From Nannocystis bainbridge (lineage in GTDB: Bacteria > Myxococcota_A > Polyangia > Nannocystales > Nannocystaceae): DNA of 64,000 bases. Within the stretch, counting starts at the first letter, position 1, and each line of letters starts with the position of its first letter. The stretch is taken from positions 2,368,001 to 2,432,000 of the forward strand of contig NZ_JAQNDL010000003.1 of assembly GCF_028368995.1 (NCBI RefSeq), written 5' to 3'. Positions 51,406-64,000 of this stretch are shown here, piece by piece. A program made the position numbers and the translations under genes. The notes below the pieces were generated by a model. The model saw only the letters and a program-made list of their open reading frames with translations, did no database searches and was not told the DNA's origin.

Positions 51406-52059
51406 ATGCCTCGGCCGCACAGCCCCGAACTCTGCCTCGTGATCGGCGACCAGCGCAAGTCGTCGTGGAGCCTCCGCCCGTGGCTCGCCCTGCGGGCCAC
51501 CGGTTATCCATTTCGCGAGCGCAAGATCCTCCTCGATCGCGACACCACCCGCGCCGAGCTCGAGGCCGCCTCGCCGACCGCCCGTGTGCCGGTGCTCCTC
51601 GACGGCGAGCTCGCGATCTGGGAGTCGCTGGCGATCTGCGAGACGCTGGCCGAGTGGTTCCCGCAGTCCGGGCTCTGGCCCGCGGACCCCGGTGTCCGCG
51701 CGCAGGCGCGCAGCGCGGCGACCGAGATGCACGGCGGCTTCGCCAACCTGAGGCACGAGATGCCGATGGACCTGACGCTGCGCACGCGGGTCACGCCGTC
51801 GCCGGCGACGCAGCTCGAGATCGATCGCATCTGCGCGCTGTGGCGCGACTGTCGGGCTCGCTTCGGGGCCGGCGGCGACATGCTCTTTGGGACATGGACG
51901 ATCGCCGACTGCATGTACGCCCCGGTCGCTACCCGCTTCCGCAGCTACGGCGTGGCCCTCGACCCGGTGTGCGCCGCGTACGTCGACGCGGTCCTCGCCA
52001 CCCGGGACATGCGCGCCTGGGCCGAGGCCGCCGCGCGCGAGGCCGCCGAGCTCGCGTGA
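51406..52059 (+). CDS. Glutathione S-transferase family protein
   Basis: SSWSLRPWL, SPT.RVPVL, WESLAICE, EMHGGF..LR and IADCMYAPV..RF. Confidence 0.93.
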   Translation: MPRPHSPELCLVIGDQRKSSWSLRPWLALRATGYPFRERKILLDRDTTRAELEAASPTARVPVLLDGELAIWESLAICETLAEWFPQSGLWPADPGVRAQARSAATEMHGGFANLRHEMPMDLTLRTRVTPSPATQLEIDRICALWRDCRARFGAGGDMLFGTWTIADCMYAPVATRFRSYGVALDPVCAAYVDAVLATRDMRAWAEAAAREAAELA

Positions 52060-52186
52060 GCGCAGGCCGGCGCGCGCCCGTCCGCGGGCCTGCGCGGGCG
52101 ACCCGGCGGGCTCGACCGTGACGCCGCGGCTTGCACGGCGCCGCGACAGGGACCAAGCACATGGCGCCGCGCGGCAGAGAGGTGTC

Positions 52187-53005
52187 ATGCTCGACAAGCT
52201 CCGAAATTTGCGTCGCCAACTCGGCGACCGGAACGATTGGCCTGATGAAGTCAACGTGCACCCGCTCGAGCGCGCCGCCTCGCTGGTCGGCGCCGTCGGC
52301 TGCCTGGCGCTCGCCGTGGTGCGGCGCAACTGGGGCAGCGTGCCCGTCATCGCCCTCGGCGGCGCCCTGCTCCACCGGGCGCTGACCGGCCACAGCCCGC
52401 TCTACGCCCGCCTCAAGGTCAGCACCGCCCACGGCGTGCGCGGCCCGAGCGCCAGCGTGCCGCACGGCCAGGGCGTCAAGCTGCTGCACACCCTCACCGT
52501 GCGCCAGCCGCCCGAGCGCGTGTACCGGTTCTGGCGCGAGCTCGACAACCTGCCGCGCTTCATGCAGCACCTCGAGTCGGTCGTCGTGCTCGACGAACGC
52601 CGCTCGCGCTGGCGCGTGCGCGGGCCCGCAGACATCAGCGTGTCGTGGGACGCCGAGATCATCAACGACGTCCCGGGCGAGCTGATCGCCTGGCGCTCGC
52701 TCGAGGGCGCCGAGGTGGCCAACGCCGGCTCGGTCCGCTTCGAGCGCGGCGTCGGCGGCCACACCACCCGGATCACCGTCACGCTCGAGTACCACCCGCC
52801 CGCCGGCGTGATCGGCAACATGGTGGCGAGCGCGCTCGGGGCCAACCCGCAGAAGCAGATCGAGTCCGACCTGCAGCGCTTCAAGGAGCTGCTCGAGACC
52901 AATGTCCCGCACGCCGGCGCGTCCCAGCGCGGCCGCCTGCGCGACGTGAAGGACCTCGAGACCGCCCGCCAGGTGCTGCAGCTCGACGACCTGACCAAGA
53001 ACTGA
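52187..53005 (+). CDS. SRPBCC (polyketide-cyclase-like) protein with N-terminal DUF2892-like membrane region
   Basis: NV...ER..S, R..TGH.PLY, FWR.L.NLPRFM.HLESV, WDAEI, IAWRSL, NAGSVRF and DL.RFK.LLE. Confidence 0.9.
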   Translation: MLDKLRNLRRQLGDRNDWPDEVNVHPLERAASLVGAVGCLALAVVRRNWGSVPVIALGGALLHRALTGHSPLYARLKVSTAHGVRGPSASVPHGQGVKLLHTLTVRQPPERVYRFWRELDNLPRFMQHLESVVVLDERRSRWRVRGPADISVSWDAEIINDVPGELIAWRSLEGAEVANAGSVRFERGVGGHTTRITVTLEYHPPAGVIGNMVASALGANPQKQIESDLQRFKELLETNVPHAGASQRGRLRDVKDLETARQVLQLDDLTKN

Positions 53006-53019
53006 GCCCGCAGCGATGA

Positions 53020-53105
53020 TGTTCTGGAGGACATGCCCGCACGGGCATGTCCTCTTCGACATTTCTCGAATGACATGTCCTCGGGGACATGCCCCGAAAA
53101 GGACA
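53020..53105. repeat. Head-to-tail array of about six TGTC-N6-GACA-type units
   Basis: TGTTCTGGAGGACA|TGCCCGCACGGGCA|TGTCCTCTTCGACA|TTTCTCGAATGACA|TGTCCTCGGGGACA|TGCCCCGAAAAGGACA. Confidence 0.85.
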
Positions 53106-53108
53106 CGC

Positions 53109-53513
53109 TCAATCCTCGCGCCGGGCCCCGACCGCGCCGCCGAGCCAGCCCGGGAGCAGGCAGGCCAGCGGGGTGACGAGCACGAGCCAGGCGGGGTGCG
53201 GGATGGCCCACAGATTCATCCCGGCGGCGACCAGGATCACCGCGCCGACGACGACGCCGAAGCGGCGAGTCCGACGACCGGCGGCGGCCGCCGCGGCCAT
53301 GGCACCGCCGCAGAAGGCGCCCGCGGCCCAGGCCAGCGGCACGAACGCGAGCGCCAGGCAGGGCGCGTCCGCGAAGTAGGCGCGGATGGCCCTCGCGTCG
53401 TCCAGGCGCAGGTCGGCGGGCAGCGGATACAGGGAGTGGCCGACGAGCTCGACGAGCGAGATCGCCAGCACGGCGACCACGACCCCGAGGACCACCGCGA
53501 GCAGGTTACGCAT
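53109..53513 (-). CDS. Small four-TM membrane protein
   Basis: MRNLLAVVLG, GH.LYPLP and NL..IPHP.W, with hydrophobic helices. Confidence 0.78.
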   Translation of the reverse strand: MRNLLAVVLGVVVAVLAISLVELVGHSLYPLPADLRLDDARAIRAYFADAPCLALAFVPLAWAAGAFCGGAMAAAAAAGRRTRRFGVVVGAVILVAAGMNLWAIPHPAWLVLVTPLACLLPGWLGGAVGARRED

Positions 53514-53591
53514 GGCCCGGAAGCTAGTCCCGGGCCCTGCGCGCAGCAACGACCGGCCCGGCGACCTGGCGCCGGACATGCGCCCCGCCAC

Positions 53592-56711
<3,120 letters not shown>

Positions 56712-56822
56712 GGGGCGGGCCGTGCGCGGGCAAAGGGTACGGGCGAGGCTCGCCCGTGTCCACGCGCCATGATCGCAGAAGAAAGGCGGTAACTGACACG
56801 CCCCGCTGGTACTGTCGCCGCC

Positions 56823-57758
56823 GTGAAGGCCGCTCTCGTGCGTCCGCCCCCGTCCGGCCCCGCCGGCCGCGTCGTCGTCGTGGCTCCGTCCGGCCCCGCC
56901 CCCGAGCCCAGGCTCGCCGATGGCCTGGCTGTCCTGCGCGCCCTGGGCATCGGTGAGATCTCGCTCGCGGCCAACCTGGGCGTGAAGACCGGCTATTTCG
57001 CCGGCGAAGACGCGGTCCGCCGGGATGCGCTGCAAGCGGCGCTCGACGACCCGGAGGTGACGGCGATCGTGTGCGCGCGCGGCGGCTACGGCCTGACCCG
57101 CCTGCTGCCGCTCCTGCGCGCGGAGCGATTTCAGGCCGCGCCCAAGCTGCTGGTCGGCTTCTCCGACGCGACGGCGCTGCTGTGCTGGGGCCTCCGCGCC
57201 GGCGTCTGCGGGGTGCACGGGCCGGTGGTGACGCAGCTCTCCTCGCTGCCGCCAGCCGACGCCGGGCGCCTGGCCGCGCTGCTGCGCGGCGAACTCCCCG
57301 CAGCGCTCACCGGCGACGAGGGCGTGGGCGAGGCCCGCGTGGCGGCGCCGCTGGTGCCGGCCAACCTCGAGGTGCTGCGCTCGCTGATCGGCACACCATG
57401 GCTGCCCGCGCTGGCAGGGACGATCGTGGCGCTCGAGGAGATCGGGGAGCGACCGTATCGCATCGACCGCGCGCTGACGCAGCTGATCACCAGCGGGGCG
57501 TTCGCGGGGGTCCGTGGGTTTGCGATCGGGCAGCTTTATGCGTGCGACGAGCCCGCGAGCGGCAACCCCCACAGCCCGGACGCACGAACGGTGGTGCGCG
57601 AGCGCCTGCAGTCGCTCGGAGTGCCGCTGGTGTTCGGCTTGCCCTTCGGACACCAGCCGCACGAACACGCGGCCCTGCCCTGCGGCTCCCGCGTCGAGCT
57701 CGACCCCGGCCGCGCGACGCTGTCACTGCTCGAGCCAGTCGCGGCGCGCGCGGGCTGA
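56823..57758 (+). CDS. LD-carboxypeptidase (peptidase S66)
   Basis: VAPSGP, ARGGYG, GFSDAT, HGP, LEEIGE.PYRIDR.L.QL and FGH. Confidence 0.92.
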   Translation: MKAALVRPPPSGPAGRVVVVAPSGPAPEPRLADGLAVLRALGIGEISLAANLGVKTGYFAGEDAVRRDALQAALDDPEVTAIVCARGGYGLTRLLPLLRAERFQAAPKLLVGFSDATALLCWGLRAGVCGVHGPVVTQLSSLPPADAGRLAALLRGELPAALTGDEGVGEARVAAPLVPANLEVLRSLIGTPWLPALAGTIVALEEIGERPYRIDRALTQLITSGAFAGVRGFAIGQLYACDEPASGNPHSPDARTVVRERLQSLGVPLVFGLPFGHQPHEHAALPCGSRVELDPGRATLSLLEPVAARAG

Positions 57759-57901
57759 GGCCGGCGAGGCTGTCCCAGCGCGCAGGCTGAGGCGCGTCAC
57801 GCGAGGCTGTCGCGGCCGAGCAGGACGCATGGGCGTCGCCGAGGCACCTCGGCGATGCGCCACTGTCACTGCTCGAGCCAGTCACGCGCGCAGGCCGAGA
57901 A

Positions 57902-58567
57902 TCACCGGCCGAGCAGGTGATCGAGCATCACCCGGGCCTCGGCGCTGGTGGTGACGGCCCCGAGAGTGATCTCGAGCTCGCCGCCGGTCAGCGGCTCGCG
58001 CATCACCGGCGCCATCAAGACCTCGTCGTCCTGGACGACGGCCAGGCGCCGACCCACCTGTGCAGCAGTGAGGCTGGCGAGGCGCCCGACGTCCTCGCTC
58101 AACAGGCGCACGCGGATCCGCTGCCGACCCTCAGCATCCTGGCTGAGCAGCGCGGAGCCCAGCTTGCGCAAGGCGAGGCCGCCGGCCTCGACGCAGTGCA
58201 TGCGCCAGTAGGTCCGCCCGTCGTCGCGCAGGCGCTCGTAGCCGAACGCATGACCGGCGGGCGGCGCGAGCTCGGGGTGGGTGCGGATGTAGTCCTCGAG
58301 GACATGTTTCTCGGGACCTGTCACAAAGGTCTCGTGGACCGCGGGCCCCTGACCGTCGCCTACGAGGGGGACCTCGCCGACGTCGAGCCCCGCCTGCGGA
58401 TCGGCGCGGACGGCCGCGACGACCCGCTGCAGCGCGCCCCGCGGATCGTCGACCGGGGTCAGCACGAGCGGCCGCTTGAGCTCGAGCTCGGGCGTCGTCG
58501 CGGTGCAGCCGGGCACGAAGGCCGCAGGTGCGAGCGCGAACGCGAGGACGATCAGCGAGCGGAGCAT
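57902..58567 (-). CDS. Lipoprotein with SecD/SecF P1-head-like domain
   Basis: Lipobox VPGC, and LT...VGRRLAVV.DDEV.MAPV.REPL.GG.LEIT. Confidence 0.72.
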   Translation of the reverse strand: MLRSLIVLAFALAPAAFVPGCTATTPELELKRPLVLTPVDDPRGALQRVVAAVRADPQAGLDVGEVPLVGDGQGPAVHETFVTGPEKHVLEDYIRTHPELAPPAGHAFGYERLRDDGRTYWRMHCVEAGGLALRKLGSALLSQDAEGRQRIRVRLLSEDVGRLASLTAAQVGRRLAVVQDDEVLMAPVMREPLTGGELEITLGAVTTSAEARVMLDHLLGR

Positions 58568-58670
58568 GCCCCCCACGATAGCGGGTCCAGCAGCGCGAGA
58601 GGGAGCGTCCGCGATGAGAGGGCTGTCGCGAGGATCGGGCGGCGGTCCGCCACGAACTCAGCGCCGCGAT

Positions 58671-59288
58671 TCACGGGCCCGGCAGCAGGCCGGCGCCGCG
58701 CAGCAGGCGAGCCACGGCGAGCAGCGGGAGGCCGATGATGCCGGTGTAGTCGGCGCCGTCGATGCGAGTGAACAGCTTGATGCCCGCGTCCTCGATGCGG
58801 AAGCTGCCGGCGCAGTCGAGCGGCTGGTAGCGACGCACGTAGTCGGCGGCCTCTTGCTCGCCGTAGGCGCGCATGGTCAAGGTCTGGACGTCGACGGCGG
58901 TGGCAGCCTCGCCGGTGGCGGCGTCGAGCAGGACCACGCCGGTGACCAGGCGAAACGTGGCCCCCGACAGGCGCATGAGCTGAGCGATCGCCTGGTCTTC
59001 GGTACCTGGCTTATGGAGCAGGTCAGGCCCGGGGCCGACGGCGACCTGGTCGGCCCCGAGGATCCACGCGTCCGGGTTTGTCGCCCGTAAACTCTCGGCC
59101 TTCCCCAGGGCGAGCCTGAGGGCGAAGGCCTCGGCGCCGATCTCGCTGAACCAGGGATCTTCCTGGCGCTCGTCAAATGCAGGGGCTGCGGTGAAGAAAG
59201 CCACATCCAGGCGGCTCAGGAGCTCGCGCCGATAGCGCGAGGTCGAGGCCAGAACCAGGTTCCGCTGCGAATTTTGCGAATCTCTCAT
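58671..59288 (-). CDS. maf: Maf-family nucleoside triphosphate pyrophosphatase
   Basis: LVLASTSRYRRELL, LA..KA, ILGADQV, KPG, PLDCAGSF.IE and IIGLPL. Confidence 0.92.
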   Translation of the reverse strand: MRDSQNSQRNLVLASTSRYRRELLSRLDVAFFTAAPAFDERQEDPWFSEIGAEAFALRLALGKAESLRATNPDAWILGADQVAVGPGPDLLHKPGTEDQAIAQLMRLSGATFRLVTGVVLLDAATGEAATAVDVQTLTMRAYGEQEAADYVRRYQPLDCAGSFRIEDAGIKLFTRIDGADYTGIIGLPLLAVARLLRGAGLLPGP

Positions 59289-59365
59289 GGCAAAGCGGGC
59301 TAAGGGCGGACGAGCGAGTTGACCAAAGGTGATGATTTCTTCATATTCAATACCGGAGACTAATT

Positions 59366-59695
59366 GTGCCCGATAGGCCCTCGGAGTGGACGTTTCTGAC
59401 CAATCACGCGCACGTGCTCTTCTGCGTGGCGCAGGACCCGGAGATCCGTCTGCGCGACGTCGCAGAGGCCGTCGGCATCACCGAGCGAGCGGTGCAGCGG
59501 ATCGTCACCGAGCTCGAGGAGTCAGGGTACATCACCCGTCAGCGAAGCGGACGTCGCAACTTGTACGTCGTGCACAAGGACCTGCCGCTGCGTCACCGCA
59601 TCGAGGCGCACCGGCAAGTGAGCGACCTGATCGGGCTCATCGTGCCCGAGGTCATTTCCCGCGCTTCTTCTTCTTCTTCACCGGCTTCTTCTTGA
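59366..59695 (+). CDS. Winged-helix transcriptional regulator
   Basis: WTFLTNHAHVL, RLRDVAEAVGITERAVQRIV.ELE..GY and GRRN.Y. Confidence 0.88.
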   Translation: MPDRPSEWTFLTNHAHVLFCVAQDPEIRLRDVAEAVGITERAVQRIVTELEESGYITRQRSGRRNLYVVHKDLPLRHRIEAHRQVSDLIGLIVPEVISRASSSSSPASS

Positions 59696-61607
59696 CCGCC
59701 TTGGCCGGGGCGAAGGCCTCGGGGAAGCGGCCGGCGTACTCGGTGCGGACGGTGGCCAGCAGCGCGGCGGCCTGGTCGCAAGCCGGGTTCGCCGGGGCGC
59801 CGGCGGCCACGGTCGGCGGCAGGGCCGCCTTGAGCGCCGGGACGTAGTCGGCCAGCGGCTCGGCCTGGATCGCCTGCAGGACCGGCACGGCGGCGGCGCA
59901 CGGGTCGGGCGCCTCGCCGTACTGCTCGAGGTCGCGGCGGCGGTTGAGCGCGAGGTCGACCTGGGCCGCGGCGTCGGCCGGGAGGGCGTCGCGGATCAGC
60001 CGGCGCTGGGCCCAGGTGGCCCACGGCTTGGCGTCGTTGATGTAGTGGACGAGGATCGGCACGCCGGCGGCGCCGAGGTCGACCGCCAGCGCGATCGCGG
60101 CGTCGGTGAACGGCCGCTTGCGCAGCAGGACGTCGACCTCGTCGATGAAGCCGAGGTCGCGCTCGAGGTCGGGCGATTTCTTCAGCACCTCGCCGTAACG
60201 CCGCACCGCCGCCTCGTGCATGGTCGCCCGCTTGGCCAGCTGCCGGGCGTCGCGCCACACCAGCTGCGAGTGGCCAGGGTGACGCTCGAGCAGGGCGTCG
60301 ATCTGGGTCTGCGCCTCGTCGAGCTTGCCCTGCTTGATCAGGTCGTCGAGCGTCGCGAGCTCGAGCTCGGACGGACCTGTCGTTTGCGACATGGCCGAAG
60401 GGACATCCCCTGCGGTACCCGCCTTGGGCGCGTCGGTGCCCGGCCCGGCCTCGCCGGCGGTGGCCGCGGGCGCGTCGGGGCCGGCGGGCGCGGCGGGGCC
60501 GTCGCCCGAGAACAGCCAGTAGAGCAGCCCGGCCGAGGCGACCGCGAGCACGATGCAGCCGGCGATCAGCGCCTTGAACCGCGTGCGGCGGGACCAGCGG
60601 TCGGTCTGCAGCACCGACTCGACGAAGTCGATCTGGCGCGGGCGCAGGGCCTCGGGCAGCGGGCGGCTGGCGGTGTCGGTGCCGGCCACGGCGCCGATGT
60701 CGAGCAGCGGGTCGGAGGTGTCGCCGCGGCCCTTGTGCGACATGTTGCTGCGGTAGCGCTCGAGCGCGGCGCGCACGGTGCGGGCGTCGGGGAACCGCTG
60801 CTCGCGCTGCTTGGCCAGCAGGCGGTAGACGATCGCCGCCAGCTCCTGCGGCACGTTGTCGGGGAGCTGCGGCGTCTCGGTGCTGACCTGCATGCGGATC
60901 AGCGCGATCGCGTCCTCGTGGTTGAAGGGCAGCCGGCCCGTCAACATCTGGAACATCAGGATACCGACGGCGTAGAGGTCGGCGCGTGGGTCGATCTCGA
61001 GGCCGAGCGCCTGCTCGGGGCTCATGTACTGCGGGGTGCCGAACACCATACCGGCGCGCGTGAGCGGGTCGCCGGCGTCGCTGCCGACCAGCTTGGCGAT
61101 GCCGAAGTCGACCAGCTTGAGCAGCGGCGCGCCGTGCTTGTCGCGGGTGAGGAACACGTTCTGCGGCTTGAGGTCGCGGTGGATCACGCCCTGGCCGTGG
61201 GCGTGCTCGAGGCCTCGCAAGATCTGGATCGACCACTCCACGACCCGCTTCGGCGCCGTCGGCTCGGTCAGCAGGTCGGCCAGCTCGACGCCCTCGAGCA
61301 GCTGCATCACGAGGTAGCGCATGCCGTCCTCGGTGGTGCCGTAGGCCGACACGTGGATGCAGTTGGGGTGGTCGAGGCGGGCCGCGCTCTGGGCCTCGCG
61401 GTCGAACCGCCGCACCAGCTCGGGGTCGCGGTTGAAGTCCGGGTGCAGGATCTTGATCGCGACGTCCCGCATCATGATGACGTGGCGGCCGCGGAACACC
61501 GCGCCCATGCCTCCCTCACCGATCAGCTGGTCGAGCCGGTAGGTGCCGTCGAGGACGGTGCCGACCAGCGACGCGAGGTCGCGAGCGATGCCAGCCGCAG
61601 CGGTCAT
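59652..61607 (-). CDS. Membrane Ser/Thr protein kinase
   Basis: IGEGGMGAVF, VAIK, HRDLKPQN, DFGIAK, GTPQYMSPE and a TM helix. Confidence 0.95.
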   Translation of the reverse strand: MTAAAGIARDLASLVGTVLDGTYRLDQLIGEGGMGAVFRGRHVIMMRDVAIKILHPDFNRDPELVRRFDREAQSAARLDHPNCIHVSAYGTTEDGMRYLVMQLLEGVELADLLTEPTAPKRVVEWSIQILRGLEHAHGQGVIHRDLKPQNVFLTRDKHGAPLLKLVDFGIAKLVGSDAGDPLTRAGMVFGTPQYMSPEQALGLEIDPRADLYAVGILMFQMLTGRLPFNHEDAIALIRMQVSTETPQLPDNVPQELAAIVYRLLAKQREQRFPDARTVRAALERYRSNMSHKGRGDTSDPLLDIGAVAGTDTASRPLPEALRPRQIDFVESVLQTDRWSRRTRFKALIAGCIVLAVASAGLLYWLFSGDGPAAPAGPDAPAATAGEAGPGTDAPKAGTAGDVPSAMSQTTGPSELELATLDDLIKQGKLDEAQTQIDALLERHPGHSQLVWRDARQLAKRATMHEAAVRRYGEVLKKSPDLERDLGFIDEVDVLLRKRPFTDAAIALAVDLGAAGVPILVHYINDAKPWATWAQRRLIRDALPADAAAQVDLALNRRRDLEQYGEAPDPCAAAVPVLQAIQAEPLADYVPALKAALPPTVAAGAPANPACDQAAALLATVRTEYAGRFPEAFAPAKAVKKKPVKKKKKRGK

Positions 61608-61708
61608 GTCGGCGCCTGGACTCGAAAGTCGCCGCGTAGTCTAAGGGTGGGGGTCATGAGGCGGCCTCGAGGGCTCGAGGCAACACGGACATTAATGCAG
61701 GCCCGGAG

Positions 61709-61789
61709 GGCCGGGAAGCGGAAATCTGCAGGCCCGGCCGGGAAGCGGAAATCTGCGGGCCCGGCCGGGAGGCGGAAATCCGCGGGCCC
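61709..61789. repeat. 27-bp tandem repeat x3 (intergenic)
   Basis: ggccgggaagcggaaatctgcaggccc|ggccgggaagcggaaatctgcgggccc|ggccgggaggcggaaatccgcgggccc. Confidence 0.9.
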
Positions 61790-61821
61790 GGGAGGTCACG
61801 GGGCAGCGCGCGCCGCCGGCG

Positions 61822-64000
61822 TCAGCGCAGGGGCTTGGTCCGCACCGTGTCCTGGTCGGGGGAGACGGTCTGCGAGTCGTCCTCGTCGGGGGTCTCGATG
61901 AAGCTCGTGCCGCGGTCGCGCTCGATGCGGCTGAGCGCCTCCTGAGCCCACTGCGCGAGGCTGAGCTCATTGGTCGAGTGGAAGTCCGCCAGCATCTCCT
62001 CGAGCTCGCGGCGCGCTCTCGGGCTCTGCCCGAGCATGTGCGCGACTTCGGCGTCGAGGAGGCGCAGCTGATGGTGGGCGAACTGCTCGTTCTGGATGGT
62101 CTGGATGCCTCGCCGCGCCTCGGCGAGCATCGCGGCGCCCTCCTCGACCTCGCCCATGCGCGCGAGCGTGTAGCCGAGGAAGCCGCGGTTGAGGTGCAGG
62201 TGGTAGGCAAAGCCGTGCAGGCCGGCGAAGCGCAGGGCCTCGCGGAAGCTCTCGGACGCGCCCTCGAGGTCACCGCTGCGGAGGAGCAGGTCGCCGAGGT
62301 TGTGGAGCGGGTTGATGAGCATGCGCGTGACCCCTGCAGCGCGCAATTGCTCCAGGGCGGCACGGGTCTCCGGAATCGCCCTTTCGGGTTCGTTGCCGAG
62401 CACCGCGAGGTAGGCGATGCCGGAGATATAGGCCTGGCGCTGCAGCACCGACACGCGCTCGGCGAGCAGCTTGGCCTCGTCGTGCAGGCGGCGGGCCTCG
62501 GCCAATTGTCCGGCGAGCGAGAGGCAGCGCAGGCGCGTGCCGACGACGTGACAGACGTAGTGATCCTGCGCGTCGGGGAGGTCGAGGATCTCCATCGCCT
62601 CTTTGGAGCAGCGGACCGCGCCGTCGATCTCGCCGGCGCCGAGCAAGATCTCGGCGCGGCGGTTGGCGATGCGCAGCTCGAGGATGCGGTCGCGCGCCTG
62701 CTTGGCCGCGATCGCGGCGTTCTGCAGGCGCCCGAGCGCCATCTCGGCGTCGGAGCCGCCGTCGAGGGTGTAGCGGTCGACGAGGCCGAGCCAGAACACC
62801 GCCTGGGCCCGATGGTCGCCGAGCAGCTCGGCGACGAGGATGCCGGCCTCGTGCTGCGCGGCCTCGCGGCGCGGGTCGTTGAGCGCGCCCGGGGCCCGCT
62901 CGACCAGGTTGAGCTGGGCCCGCAGCAGGCGCGGCAGGCCCTGGACGCGGCCGAACTTGCGGAGGCGGATGATGACCCGCTCGAGCACCTGGGCGGCGAG
63001 GTTCGGCTGGCCGCCGGCGAACAGGTCCTCGGCGGCCTTCTCGAGCTCGCTGAGGTACTCGAGCCCGTCGGCGGCGGCGTCGAGCAGGCGGGCGCGCAGG
63101 AACACGAACTGCGGGTCGACGGTGGCCTGCTCGGCGATCCGCTCGGCCAGCTCGAGGCGGGTCTCGGACAGCGAGTCCTCGTAGCGGATCCGGACCGCCT
63201 CGCGCACGCTCGCGTGGGCCAGCACGACCTGCGAGGCGCCGGTGATGGCGCTGCGCAGGATGAGGCTCTCGCCCTCGAGCCGCTCGAGCGTGCGGCGGAA
63301 CCGTTCGCGCCGCAGGTCGGTGAGGTGGGCCAGGCGCTCCTCGTCGATCGGCGCCTCGATCAGGTAGAGGATGCTGGCGACCTCCCAGGCCGACACGCCG
63401 AGCGCGTCGAGGCGGGCCTCGCTGCGCTGGGCCAGGGTCTTGTGCAGCTGCTCGGCGGCGGCCGAGGCGGAGCGCAGGACCCAGGTGTCGTTGTCGCGGA
63501 CGAGGATCGACTCCTCGATCAGCACGCGCAGGGTCTCGCGGAAGCTCAGCGGGTGGCCGCCGGTGAGCTTGTCGAGCATGGTGACGAGCTCGCGCAGCGC
63601 CGGCGCGTCGCCGAGGATGCCCTTGAGGACCTCCAGCATCTCCTTCTGCGTGAACGGGCGCAGGTTCCACAGCTCGACCAGCTGCTCGCGGCTCAGCGCG
63701 ACCAGCTGCGGGCGGAACTTGGGGTGCGGCTCGGTGGTGATGCAGAGCAGCGCGCGGGCCTCGTTGTGGTCGATCGCGCGGGTGAGCTGCTCGACCAGGG
63801 CCCGGGTCGTCTCTGTCCCTCGGGCCAGGTCGCTGAGGTAGAGCACGAAGGGGTGCTCGCTGGCGCAGCGGACCAAAAACTCGGTCAGCTGGGCGGCCGC
63901 CGACGACTCGTGGCTGCGGTCGCGGGCGGCGCGGATGAGCTCGGGGTACTTGCGGACGGCCTCGCTGCGCTCGCCGAGCGCGGTCGCCAGCTGCAGCACG
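61822..64000 (-). CDS. C-terminal part of a STAND/AAA-ATPase-like TPR protein (5' end outside the window)
   Basis: PFVLYLSDL (degenerate Walker B), L.PF, TGGHPLSFRE.L (GxP-like), H..VRE, and TPR-like helices (LHNLGDLL...GD...A...F.EAL). Confidence 0.75.
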   Translation of the reverse strand, partial: VLQLATALGERSEAVRKYPELIRAARDRSHESSAAAQLTEFLVRCASEHPFVLYLSDLARGTETTRALVEQLTRAIDHNEARALLCITTEPHPKFRPQLVALSREQLVELWNLRPFTQKEMLEVLKGILGDAPALRELVTMLDKLTGGHPLSFRETLRVLIEESILVRDNDTWVLRSASAAAEQLHKTLAQRSEARLDALGVSAWEVASILYLIEAPIDEERLAHLTDLRRERFRRTLERLEGESLILRSAITGASQVVLAHASVREAVRIRYEDSLSETRLELAERIAEQATVDPQFVFLRARLLDAAADGLEYLSELEKAAEDLFAGGQPNLAAQVLERVIIRLRKFGRVQGLPRLLRAQLNLVERAPGALNDPRREAAQHEAGILVAELLGDHRAQAVFWLGLVDRYTLDGGSDAEMALGRLQNAAIAAKQARDRILELRIANRRAEILLGAGEIDGAVRCSKEAMEILDLPDAQDHYVCHVVGTRLRCLSLAGQLAEARRLHDEAKLLAERVSVLQRQAYISGIAYLAVLGNEPERAIPETRAALEQLRAAGVTRMLINPLHNLGDLLLRSGDLEGASESFREALRFAGLHGFAYHLHLNRGFLGYTLARMGEVEEGAAMLAEARRGIQTIQNEQFAHHQLRLLDAEVAHMLGQSPRARRELEEMLADFHSTNELSLAQWAQEALSRIERDRGTSFIETPDEDDSQTVSPDQDTVRTKPLR

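Noticed and set aside
61709-61789. 27-bp repeats as a CRISPR array
   Set aside because: The copies abut with no unique spacers; this is a simple VNTR.

Overview
Very GC-rich bacterial chromosomal window. The gene content (many TPR-bearing Ser/Thr kinases, ECF sigma factors, Cys-rich lipoproteins, an IgGFc-binding protein, an ActD-like/caspase operon) points by inference to a myxobacterium, probably Nannocystis-like. About 48 coding regions are supportable, including housekeeping secA, serC, rnhA, gshB, a Maf protein, an LD-carboxypeptidase and a MepA-like endopeptidase. I found no rRNA, tRNA, CRISPR array, transposase or integrase. Two observations stand out. (1) An operon at 6756-10344 in which an SdpA/DUF5819-like gene and an SdpB/HTTM (vitamin-K-carboxylase-like) membrane gene lie between two paralogous proteins. 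Both paralogs have a duplicated beta-rich domain, a long Asp/Glu tail and a shared basic C-terminal motif, so this is a candidate uncharacterised protein-modification system. (2) A 14-bp palindrome, TGTC-N6-GACA, recurring roughly every 1-3 kb across most of the window, both as head-to-tail arrays between genes and overlaid on coding sequence. All product calls come from motif recognition by eye; no database searches were run.
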